NCBI GenBank assembly: GCA_040285855.1 | Contig: JAUFOQ010000005.1 | Location: 62,001-126,000 of the forward strand | From: Eukaryota sp. GEM-RC1 | Taxonomy: Eukaryota | DNA length: 64,000 nt | Direction: 5' to 3' | In this document: piece by piece, positions 52,741 through 64,000 of the stretch | How positions within the stretch are numbered: the stretch's first letter is position 1 | Layout of the letters: each line of letters begins with the position of its first letter | Notes under the pieces: model-generated | Seen by the model: only the letters and a program-made list of their open reading frames with translations | The model's database searches: none | Told to the model about the DNA's origin: nothing | Position numbers and translations under genes: made by a program

Positions 52741-54154
52741 GGATAAAGGAAGAGTTGATGAATTGTAGTCCCATAAGCTCTTGTACCAGATTGATAAATA
52801 GATTGTAATTGTATTAGACCAAGAACAACCAATGACACATCTCTATAAGAGGTAACAGAAGTCCCAATATAGAGTCAACCATTACCCAATTTTTCTCCGA
52901 AAATCCGGTGCTCAAATTTTTCCAATGTTGGCGTACCGTATTACACGGTATTTATGTGAATTTTTACGGTATATTCTATTTATTTAACATCACGGCTTTT
53001 TAGTACATGTAATATTACACCAATTGGTTCAATTGGTTCAAACCTCTCCTCAAAGTCCTTTAGATGTTCGATCTTCACGTCTTAGCGACCAATCGAACTC
53101 CTACAGAGATTCATGAGCACCGTTTGATCTGGAAACCAAAAGCTACCTAAGAACGTGATTACCAGTCTGAAGTCTTTCTCATTTCCTTTAACTAAAACTG
53201 GTGAATCTCCACCTCTAAGCTCTGTCGCTTCTCTTCGTCCTTCACACTCCTTCGATTCCTTCCTTCTTTCTCCTCTCAAAGTAATGTCTTACCAGTTCTC
53301 TCGTCTCCTGACCTTTGTGACTCTCTACTTGTCAAACACTAGTACTCACCACTGATTTCGGCCATCACTTCAATCTCAAGAAAACTCTGATCTAACTGTT
53401 TAACATGAGTTACTATACCCTATTTATCACTAATTATAGTGTTACTTACTTTCCAGCATTCACACTACCTAAATCTACAGTCTTTTGAATTGACCGATTG
53501 TTGTACTTTCTTGGTATAATTCTCAATGAAAGTGTTAGAACACGTGTTTTTTGATATACTTTCTTGAAAAAGCTTTTATTAAGACCATGTTCATTGTTTG
53601 TTTTAGTGACTCCAAAAGAACTTGATTAATGGAGATTATCGGAGCCACATTTCCTTTTTTATCAAACTAATAACATTGTTGAGTGTTAGTTTCGGGTCTA
53701 CTTAAGTCAATGTACTGATTTAATAGTTAACTAACAACTTCTTCAATTATTCATCATCAGTCTTAATTGAGAGTTGTTTACTCATCTTCTTTCAACACTT
53801 CTTTGTTTTAATTACTGGTTTAAATGGTTCTATTCAGTGGAGGAAGGAATTTTCACTACTCAGAATCTTTTTTACTTTTTTTTCTTTTTATTTAGATCAT
53901 TTGACCTTTGACCATAAAATACCTCAACAGGTCAATGAACTCAAAACAACTGTTAAAACTTTACTTTCGTTACTTACTCCTGGATTTAGACCTCTCCAAG
54001 TATAATAATTACCTCTAATTAGCGGTTTAATTTAGTTAAACAAAGACAATGTAAAGTACTAGACAGCAGTCCAAATCTCCTTTTCATAGCTTAATGTTGA
54101 TGGAGAAAGAGAGTTTGGAGTGGGAAGAGACTTGATTAGGGGAATTTGACAGCT

Positions 54155-54325
54155 TGACACCGCTCCTGTATCAAACTGCTCAGGTGTAGCATACTTAGGA
54201 CTCATAGCATTTGGTCTGGTCACTAGAGTTGTGGCTGCAAGGTTTTTAGAGGTACCAAAATCAGCAACTCTAACGTGATCATCAACTAAGAGAATGTTGG
54301 CTGATTTTTAAGTCTCAATGACCAC
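54155..54325 (-). pseudogene. Protein kinase fragment (subdomains VIb-VIII)
   Basis: Reads H*DLK(fs)SANILLVDDHVRVADFGTSK..SPKYATPEQFD. Confidence 0.8.
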
Positions 54326-54429
54326 TTTTTGTCTAGAACCAACACTGGCTGGTAGGACAGCAGGATGGCTGATGGGAGGACCTTCCTCATTGCAATTGAT
54401 AATAGCCGGAGCACCAATTACAGACTTCA

Positions 54430-54760
54430 TAAGTAGAAACTTCACTACTTGGTAAGGTTCTTTAGAGTATCCAAGAGTTGTTGTCGAGACTCCAGAAGTG
54501 TAAACGTCACCATTTGTTAACTCAACACACTATAATTCCTTCATCAGACTCAAATGATATGGGTAAATGAGAGAAGTCCAACCAATCAGTAGTTAATTTG
54601 ATTTCATTTAAATTTGGAATTAAAGTGGTTCACAAACAAAGCCCAGTTGATCATGATGGTTACGTCCAGCAGTGTAAACGTCACCATTTGTTAACAGAAC
54701 TAGAGAATGACTATGAACAGCAGAAGCTTGTTTAATAGGATAAGGAAGATTGAAGAATGA
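54430..54760 (-). pseudogene. RCC1-repeat fragment
   Basis: Reads IKQASAVHSHSLVLLTNGDVYTAGRNHHDQLG, with a second LTNGDVYTSG unit. AGTGTAAACGTCACCATTTGTTAAC occurs twice. Confidence 0.75.
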
Positions 54761-55985
54761 CTGAAACATTAGGGAGGGCTAACAGCTTTTGCTCAATGTT
54801 ATCCTTTTAAACTTTACCACAAGCTTCTTTAAGAATCTCAGACGTTCCCGCCACCCTTCTGATATCTTTGACTTGCCTGTAGAAGTCTTTTGGTCCATCA
54901 TAGGTCATTTTGTTTTAATTTCATCGTGTTTGTTTGGAAAAACACCTTTACTGTTATGCTATTAAATTCAAGTGGTCAATGAGTTTGTTCACTTGGAAGT
55001 AGTGGACGAGATAGTAGAAGTCGTAAGCATTGCTCTCATCGAGGGTGAAAGATTGTCCGAAGAAGGATTTGAACAACTATTCAACAAAAATTTAATATTT
55101 TCCAAGGATTCGATTGCCATTGGTGAAGTAACATTGCCAAGAACAAGTTCACTGAAGTCGTCTAGATCAATTGAATCACGTTTCCAATCAAAGATTCTAG
55201 TAACAATGAGTTTGTGGGAAAATAGAGTCAGCATCCACAACAAGAGAGGTAGAGGAAGATGAAGAAGAGAGATCAGAGCGTAACGTACCTCCATTAAGTA
55301 GAAGAGTATCAGATATCGTGAGAGTTGAGTGATATTTGAAGAGGAGAACGACGTTGGTGGACAGATTTAGAGAAGATATAGTGACGTGATCATCAATAGT
55401 GAGGGTAATCGTAAGAATATTCAAATAAGAGCAGCTACCAGTTGTCTCAGAACAACGGATAAAGATGTTAAAGGGAGATTTCTTACTATATGACTAAATA
55501 AAACTATTTGGACGATCTGCTTTGACATAAAGTTTTCTAATCATGTTAGTATTCAAGACACGATTAATGCTATCCTGTTTTAGGTCTTTCAGACTTCTGC
55601 AGTTTCTGTATGTTGAAATTTTGGTTGTCGTACAAGGAGTTTCCATAATTTCTTGCAAAATTGTGCAGTTAGTTGTGAAGAACCAGCCAATTGTTGTTTG
55701 TTGCAACACTGTAAAAATTCTGCTCTGGTGTTTTTAAAACCAAAACATGCACCAAAAACCCAGTAAAACTAATCATTGTCATTGAAGGGATTACTGATAC
55801 TATCTGTAAAGATTTGGTTCAATTCAAGCAATTTGATAAATTGCGATACTGTTTCACCTCTATTAAAGTCGACTGTAGTAGTAAATTACATAACACGAAA
55901 ACCATTTGCTGTAACATTCTCCACGAACACAAGAGCATTTGACCTCATTGTCAATTGAAAGAAACACGTCATCAATCCAACCTAC

Positions 55986-56051
55986 TGTTAGTACTGGTAC
56001 AGTACCCTCAAAATAAATTTACTTTACCTTCTCCCATGTCTACAGACAACA
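55986..56051 (+). repeat. 5' LTR (66 bp)
   Basis: TGTTAGTACTGGTACAGTACCCTCAAAATAAATTTACTTTACCTTCTCCCATGTCTACAGACAACA, identical to 62595-62660. Confidence 0.97.
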
Positions 56052-59000
56052 ATAATTATTGTGTCCCATGTGGTTCTGCTCCTTGCGACAGAGTGCCCCC
56101 GCACTCACCAAGGTCCCAGGACCCCACAATGAGTCGTTCCTTCTCGGATGGTCCCGCCCTCCAAGGAACAACTACATCCCTTTTAGAAGGTTCCGCCCTT
56201 CAAAGTCCCTCTTCTGTTGAAGGTTCCGCCCTTCCAGCAACTGCTGAGGTTGTAGGTTCCGTCCCTACCCCTCAAACCCAGCAAACTTCCCCAGAAGGTT
56301 CCGCCCTTCAAAGGATTCCCGTGGTCGAAGGTTCCGCCCTTCCTTCCCAACCTAAGAGGAAGTAATTTCCATTCATGAGGATAAAACTATAGAAGGTACC
56401 ACCCTTCAGAGCCCTTCCTCCCTGGAAGATCCCACTGTCCAGATCAATTACCATGATTTATCTCCTCCGAGAGATATGGTTCCTCCGAAAGACACTTCGT
56501 CTCCAACGAATCCTGCCTTCGAGAGGATTAGAGCTATGTTCAGCGGAGCACCAACTCCGAACAAGCCTTTTCCCACTCTCCAACTCTCCTCTGTTGCAAC
56601 TCCCACGTCGCAACAAGAGGGGTTCAAGTTTGCATCGGAACGAGATTTAGGTCTCCCTCCATCTAAGCCTTTGCCAAAAGCCACTTCCAAAAGTGCCCCC
56701 ATTAAAAAAATCTCAGAAGGGTTCCGTTCCCTCATCACTTCCTATAGTTGATGCCCCGTCTACTCCACGTGCCCAGGATTCCATTCCTCACCCTCACGTT
56801 GGTGAAACACCCATAGTTTCTCACGTCAATCCCACCGCGGACCCTGACTTAGTAGATCTATGCGACTATGACGTAACTGATGATGAAGAGTCTGGTCAGA
56901 CGCCTGCCAAAGGCCCAACTGACCATGCTCAACCTCCGCCGTTGAGGCCTGTCATGGACAAGAGAGGGTTCCAACCCCATCCTATTATTCCCGTACAAGG
57001 GTTTTATCCTGTCAGGTCCACTAAGACGGGTTCCTCAGAGTTATTCCAGGCCCCTCCTGGACCTTTTCAACAAGGGTTAACAGAAGAGGAACTAAAACGA
57101 GTAGAACATCGTATGTTCCCATCAGATCGCCAAATGGTACATGATTTTCTTCATGGAGTCAAAGATAGAACGGACTACCTAAGAAACCGCTATCCTAGAC
57201 CTGCTCAGGCAGCCATAAGACTGATCAGGAGACAATTTAACGACGAAGTTATGCCGCTTGAAGGAACTTTCACCATCCTTGACGACCGAGGAAAACCCCA
57301 TACTATCCTGATGGACCCTAGTATACCGGAAACTATGATTCCTGTTAAAAAATGCTGGGAAAAGGTCCAGGAAGTATTGATAGGTCGAACTTTTGAAAAG
57401 TCGAATTCGGACAAAAGAATTCGCTCATCAGATCACATCTCCTCTCCGCTTCCCGAAGCCATCCAGAGCACCACAACCCCGACTGATGAAGTGGTTATCC
57501 AACCCACAGCATTGAAATACCGAGCTCGAGTGGAATATGAAGAAGAACTCGCTCGTAGAGCAAATGCAAATCCGAAGTCTAAAGTGAAAGAAATTTCCGA
57601 ATTTCATCAATCACCTTCCGATCAATCAAACCCACCAACTGATGTCCACCAGCTTGGTCTCTCCTTGAGTGACCTTAGCACGACATCAACCTCCCCCTTC
57701 AACTGACCTCCTTCCCCCCCTGGCTCCGTCAGCATCCAATTCGGTTGTGGAACAACGTTCCCCTATGTCCCATAGTGTTGTCACTTTCCAACAGAAAGTC
57801 CCCCTCGACTCTATGAAGAACTCCAAGCTTCAACCCAAGATGCTTTCGAGTTTGAAACCACACGACATCATTGAATTTGCTCAAGACTTCCTTCAATGGA
57901 GCGTGATGGACCCTAATCACAAAACACCGGTAGGGGCTCCATTCGGATGGCCAAGACATTTTTTCGACTTCAGTCGAACTGCTGCAGCACACGCTGATCC
58001 TTCTTACATCCAACGCTTTGTGAAGTTCGACTTACAGACCCAGCTGTCTATGCAAAGGAGTGGGATGGTAAGAACCCTCTCACCCTATGGTTAGCTCTCC
58101 TCAAGCGTACTCAGTTCCCAGACGAGACCACTGCTTTAAATGAGCTGAACAAGATCAAGATGAAGTGGTCCATCACAGACCCTGAAGAGCGATGGAGTGA
58201 TTTCATATCACGGTTGCACCGCGTTCTACAAAGAACCCAGGCCATAAAGCCGAAGAATAAGCCAATGACTGCGTTACCAGACAAAGCCATTGTTAAAGCT
58301 ATTCTTTCGAACATAGGCATCGTATCCATCTGGATCGAATGTTGGCCTCTCTACCAAGACTCTCCAGATATCCAGGGATTAATCTCCGATGTCAAAGAAC
58401 GTTATGACACTTGGTGCGAGAGATGGAAATCTGCTCCAGCCAACGTGCAGAACGAACAACGAATTGCCGAGATAGCTCATCTTAGAGATACAGCTACTTG
58501 GGAAGACCTCCCCAAATCTTGGACTTCTCGTCCCCTCATCCCGGTTCAGTCTAGTGAACCCGGTAGATCTCGTAGATCGGCATCCAGCTCCAAGCCACCC
58601 TCGAAGAAGCCTCGATCCGAAGAGAAAGACCCTGACGCCTGTAGATTTTGTGGCGAAAAGGGCCATTCCATCCTCCAATGTCCGGATCCCGAATGTAAAC
58701 GTAGTGAGCTTCCTTTAGAGCAACGTAAGGCCAAGAGTTCCACCTCAAAACCATCTCGTAGTCATAGCAAGAAACACTCGTCCCATAAAAAATCTAAATA
58801 TTTCAATGCAAATTCAGCACATATTAACAGCCTTGTAGATATAGCTGATAACATCACATCTAGTCAATCAAATCCCAGTTTGATTGAAACCAATCAATTC
58901 TTAAATCCATTGAGCAACATCAGTTCTGCCAATGGTAATACGAACTCACAAAGCCTGAATTCCATATTCAGCATAAGTAGTCAGAACCCACTCCCTCTTC

Positions 59001-62000
59001 TCAGCTGCAAACTGATGATTAACGGAATTCCGGTTCAAGGTTTTTGGGACAGTGGAGCAACCATGTCCGTCATCACACAAGACCTGGCTACGAAGTGTAA
59101 CATGACGCCCGTCAACAAAAATGTTCGCTTCACATCTGCAAACAATGTTGAGTCCCGGTCCTTGGGTAGCGCCCAGGGCATCTTGACCTTCGACACCAGT
59201 AGTATCGCGTACCTAACACATGTGGATAAGACGTTACCAATAATACCAGGATCCAACAAACTATTATTGGGAATCGATCTGATGAAACAGTTAGGACTAC
59301 TGACCGAAGACGGACTAGTCATCCGGATTGACAAGGCCATCCTGGCCACCGTGAACGATGAGTCTGAGTTCGACTCACGTATCATACAACCTCCCAGTAG
59401 CCATTCTATTGATAACATTGTAGACTTTAATAAACATGTATTCGATTCAGGTTGCACTATCAAACTAGATGATGAAAACAGAGCTAAGAGCTTATTGAGC
59501 CTGCTTCTGGAGTTTTCCTCAATATTCTCGACAGCTCCTCACAAAGATGGCATCGATTGTCCTCCCATGGCGATCGACTTCTACAATGAAGAGTCCACAG
59601 TGAGACGGAAACCTCGACGGCTCAATCCAATGAAACAGCGGATTGCCGAAGAGATTTTTGATGAACTCGTCCGACAAGACTTTGCTGAGTTAACAACTCC
59701 CAACGGACAGTTCAGTTCACCGGTAGTACTGGTGGTCTATCCCGATCAACGTAAGCCCCGCCTTACGGGAGACTTCAGTGGTTCCGATGGAATCAACGCA
59801 TTGACCCGAGTTGTCGAACCGAATCTTCCAAAGATTATCGACATCTTGGAATTTCTGAGTGAAGCTAACTTCATAGCGACCTTGGATCTTCCGAAAGCCT
59901 TCTGGCAATTGAACCTCGCAGAAAAGGACAGAGACAAGACAACTCTGGTAATCCCTGGCAAAGCCATCCGATTTAAAAGAGCTTGTTTTGGACTCAAGAA
60001 CGTTCCTGCGATATTTCAAAATTTGATGTATGAAATATTCGACCATGAGGGCATATTCATCTACATCGATGACATCATCATAGTAGGCCGTACATTCGAA
60101 GAATTTATGAGCCGAATACGATTCGTTCTGACCAAAGCATTAACACGTAGGGTCAACCTTGGCCTACCCAAATGCCATTTTGTGACAAAGAAACACCCAC
60201 TAAAGATCTTGGGCAGTAAGTTCGTTAACAATACACGCAGGATTGACCCATCGCGTATCACAGCTCTTCTAGAGTTGCCCGTACCAACAACAATCAAAGA
60301 AGTTCGTAGCTTCGTGGGTTCGATTAACTACATAAAAGACTTTTATTCCAGGTGCGTCAGATCTTCTGGCTCCAATCATAAACTTAGTCAAGAACAACGC
60401 TCGTTCAGTAAAATGGACACCTCTCCATCAATCTAATTTCGAGACAATCAGAAATAAGATCATCAATCACATGCCTCTCAGTCTACCCGACAGGGATCAA
60501 CGCGTGCTGATCAGTGCAGACGCCAGTGATATCGCCGTAGGTGGTGTCATTTGGCAGGAAATACCTCCCAACGCACAAGATGGAACCCCATTGAACAACA
60601 GGAAAGTTATCCCACTAGCTTTCTACAGCAAACTCCTAACGGAATCTCAACAAAACTGGGCAACAATTCAGAAAGAGTTGTACGCTATTGTTCTGATCCT
60701 AACGGAATCCCCCATGTCATCATTCCTCCTAAGCAGGGATCTAACCATTTTCACAGATCATAGAAACCTAGCTTTCCTCATCTCAGCACCCGAGAAAAAC
60801 AGAGTAGTCAAGCGTTGGATACCTATCCTAAGCGAATTCCAATTCTCAGTGATCCACACTGTTGGAGCAGACAACTACTGGGCAGACATGTTATCTCGAA
60901 ACATTGAAACCTCTCAACCCGAAAACATAAACCTAGTCACATCTTGCCCCGAGCCGATGTTCTCTAGAGTCGATGGACTATGTCGTACTGATGACGATAT
61001 GGAATATCAATCACTGACCTCCGAGTCAATCAACATGATTAGTGAACCATCAATTAGTGAACCATTAATCAACAAGTCAAAAATCTTTGACGCTTGGCTA
61101 TCGAAGATACGCTCCACACAAGTAGAAGCCAAGAACAACAACGACGTACTGTTCCAGCATCCCACTGCTGTATACAACGACGAGCTCCAGCTATTCCTAA
61201 ATAGCGATGGAAAGATCCTCATACCTATGAGTCTTCGGAATACCACGATGAACCACATCCACGGTTTTCCTCACGCAGGCCACCCCAGCCTAAGAGTCAG
61301 CATTGATCGGCTAAACTCTAGTGACTATTTCTGGCCTAAGATGGCCAAAGATATGAAGAAACACTGCACGCAATGTCCAGCTTGTCAAAAGACAGCTCCC
61401 CTTGCAAAACTCAAAATCAAACCATCAGGTAACCTTTGGGCTGACAAACCATTTGCCAAAATGAATGCTGATACCATTGGACCTTTGCCGACAGACACCT
61501 CCGGGAACTGTCACCTTCTCGTTTTCATAGACTCGTTTACCCGTTATACAGTCTTATGTCCCTTGAAGGAGCTCAATGCCCAAGAAACCGCTCATGCATT
61601 AGTGTGTAATGTATGTGCCATCTTTGGTATACCTCACCTGATTCATAGCGATAATGGCAAGGAGTTTGCCAACCATGTCTTCAATGGCGTGTGTCAGGCT
61701 TTTGATATAGATACGGAGAAATCCATCCCCAGTTTTTCGCAAAGCAACGGATTAGTGGAACGTCGCCACAGAGACATCCTGCAGTCATTAAGAAAGATGC
61801 TTATCGATTTTAATGATTACGACAACTGGTCCAAGTACATTCCAATTGTACAACTCTTAGTTAACACAACTAAGAGTAGAGTGACAGGTTTCACCCCATA
61901 CCAACTCATGTTTGGATCAGCCACCAGCCCTGGTAGCGATCCCAGCAAGATCCTAGCTTGTCTCTCACAGGAAAGCCAATCAGAAGATTCCTTCCTGGCA

Positions 62001-62594
62001 GATTATCAATCAAAAATTCAAAGAATTTTGAAAAATCGGGAAGAGGCAGAGATCAACCAATCTTCCACTCAACCCGTGATAACTGCCGAACCAACCTCGT
62101 CGTCCCTGTACTCGAGTGGTGACTTAGTCCTCAAGACTAACTCCAAAACTAAGAAGCTTCACGGCAAGCTCGAAGGCCCATTCCTGGTCATCGACACGCC
62201 CACCGCAAGTTCTCTTACCTTACAGAACATTATCACTGGACATCAGTTCAAATCTAGTGTTCATCAATGTAAGAAATACCTCACTGACAAACCCTCGTCT
62301 GATGAGTTCCACAAGGCTGTCGCTTCATGTGACTCAGAGGAAATGATCGTGATTAAGGTGCTATCCCAATCTGATTCATTTTCAGGACCAGTATGTTCAG
62401 TTGTTTGGTTCGATGGTGATACCACCGAGGTGCCTTTGGATCAAATAAAGAATACGAAAGCCTATTCAGAGTTTATTAAATCCAATCCCTCCTACAAACC
62501 ATCTACTAGAAAGAAACGAAGTGTTCAGGGTAGTACCAGCCGTGCCTCTCCACCTGCCAAGAGGACCAGGTCCTCGAGAAAGGGGAAAAAGTAG
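56036..62594 (+). CDS. Gag-Pol polyprotein, split by about five frameshifts
   Basis: Zinc knuckle CRFCGEKGHSILQC; protease FWDSGAT; RT LDLPKAFWQ..FGLKN..YIDD; RNase H DASD..KELYAI..TDH; integrase HHCC, DTIG..SDNGKEF..GLVER; GPF motif; chromodomain-like tail. Confidence 0.92.
56147..56407 (+). repeat. Seven interspersed 16-bp repeats (GAAGGTTCCGCCCTTC consensus) encoding EGSAL
   Basis: Starts at 56147, 56186, 56219, 56252, 56294, 56327 and 56392, giving spacings of 39, 33, 33, 42, 33 and 65. Confidence 0.9.
62576..62591 (+). promoter_or_regulatory. Polypurine tract (plus-strand primer)
   Basis: GAGAAAGGGGAAAAAG lies directly before the TAG stop and the 3' LTR. Confidence 0.9.
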
Positions 62595-62660
62595 TGTTAG
62601 TACTGGTACAGTACCCTCAAAATAAATTTACTTTACCTTCTCCCATGTCTACAGACAACA
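62595..62660 (+). repeat. 3' LTR (66 bp)
   Basis: Identical to the 5' LTR; contains AATAAA at 62621-62626; followed by TSD CTAC. Confidence 0.97.
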
Positions 62661-64000
62661 CTACAGGTTCATTGTTTAAGAGTAAAAGAAATTCGCTGGA
62701 ATTGTTTTCAAAAACTTGGTCATTCCTGACTTAGCTTTGTCTTCAAAATACATTGTAGCAGCCATTTAAAATGGCTTTCTTGATTGAAAAATTCTTCAAG
62801 AAATTAAGGAACTGGGAAACCCGTTTAGTGTTGATTTGATTCGCAAACCAATTTGTTACTGCAATAACTAAAATATGAACACGAACAGGAAAATTGAATA
62901 GAGAATTACAAATTGTGAACATAACGAATTTTAATATACTACATTGTAGTATTTTTTTTCAAATGTTTCTCAAATTCAAAAACCAAAACTTAAACCAGAA
63001 GAAGACGTGGCCTCATTCCTCACACCAAAGGGTTGTGCCTGACTACTTTACAGTAGTTACAGGAAACCCGCATCAGCACATGTCATGTCTTAACATATAC
63101 ATAGTATATTATAGTATATTTGTCGAAAGCTGTAACATTATCCAGTACAATTAGCGAATTTTCTGATTTCACCCAAAACCAAATTGAAACTGATGTAGAT
63201 AATCGTTTCACCAGGTCATTTATGAACTATATAAATCATTATCATGATTGCCCTAGTTGAACTTTTACAATCCGTAACTTATATCTCTTCAAGAGAGTCA
63301 GTTAATGGGGCACTAAAATCAATGATGATGTCTAATAATAATAGGTGAAGCACAAAAAGTACTTAGAAAGCTAATAAAGTTTCGCAATCTTCTATCAGAA
63401 GTAAAAATTTTCCATCTTTATCACCAGTTTTAATGTGTCTCGGAATTTGGACATGATTTAAGTGTTGTCATTTCCCGATAGTTCATAGGCTTCTTGATCT
63501 TTTTTTTTTTGGAAAAGGGCAAAAATGATATTTTCTGTATATAGTGTATATACAGATGCCACAAGATGTTCGTTAACGGTGTATATTTGTATATGAGTTC
63601 AGTTACTTGTTATACAACGGTTTATGAACTTGTCAGAGTCTACAAAATGACCAGACTGTATTATTCCAATGTCAAGGACGAGAAATTCACGTAATATCAT
63701 GCAAGTAAGTGATTGACCAATTGAAATTAGCTCTCATTATCAGTAAAATCTTCTGTCTATTTCTATATTTTTTTCCTCAGTGGTAACACACTCTTTACCG
63801 ACTTCCTTTAGTGTTCATTGCTCATATAGCCGATGTAGTATTTTATGATGTGGGTTAGCCTTTGGAGAAGAGATATCAGAAACAATGTCGAAGATGAAAG
63901 TGAATTACGGTAAGTGATAATGACGGATTATCTGTTTGCTGTTCGGTAATAGAGGAGTAAGCGATCATTGGATCTGTATCCAAAGAGGCATGTGAAAGAA

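Larger units (their letters stand above)
55986..62660 (+). mobile_element. Complete Ty3/Gypsy (chromovirus-like) LTR retrotransposon, 6675 bp, with 66-bp LTRs
   Basis: Identical LTRs with TGTT..AACA ends, TSD CTAC (55982-55985, 62661-62664), a polypurine tract, and domain order Gag-PR-RT-RH-IN. Confidence 0.97.

Noticed and set aside
56052..56085. TGGTTCTGC as a tRNA primer-binding site
   Set aside because: It lies about 19 nt from the LTR end instead of adjacent to it, and I could not match it to a tRNA 3' end.
56147..56407. CRISPR-like array of 16-bp repeats with unique spacers, near a reverse transcriptase
   Set aside because: The repeats are short, the spacings are codon multiples, and all encode EGSAL-like peptides within Gag. 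There are no cas genes and the context is eukaryotic.
56448..61258. Multiple minus-strand ORFs inside the retrotransposon
   Set aside because: They are antisense shadows of gag-pol in more GC-rich sequence and show no recognisable motifs.
12323..62594. Diversity-generating retroelement (RT plus template/variable repeat) acting on the LRR or BTB genes
   Set aside because: The only RT is a canonical Ty3/Gypsy Pol, and differences between paralogues are not visibly adenine-specific.

Overview
Eukaryotic, AT-rich, apparently intron-poor genomic DNA, probably from a flagellated protist: a kinesin-2 accessory subunit KAP3 homologue is present, and there are no rRNA, tRNA, CRISPR or operon signals. 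The window is accessory and transposon-rich. (1) A BTB-domain gene family has four close copies and one decayed copy. They share a near-identical ~520-aa N-terminal chassis but carry different C-terminal modules (ALK/LTK-type glycine-rich domain versus internalin-like LRRs) and show patchwork recombination. (2) Two ribonuclease-inhibitor-type LRR genes share an unnamed N-terminal domain. (3) A giant DUF6606/DUF3638/DUF3645-type helicase-like gene and a secreted bacterial-like DUF4185/DUF5005-type gene are present. (4) A complete Ty3/Gypsy retrotransposon has identical LTRs of only 66 bp, a 4-bp TSD, no tRNA-type primer-binding site, a palindrome at the LTR/PBS junction, and its inferred start codon inside the LTR. 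(5) There is a three-level hAT nest, several hAT- and Tc1/pogo-type MITEs, a MULE remnant, many fragments of an RLE-type non-LTR retroelement, and kinase and RCC1 gene fragments. Many genes are split by single-base indels, mostly in homopolymers, which are most likely long-read assembly errors. All family assignments come from motif recognition by eye; no database search was run.
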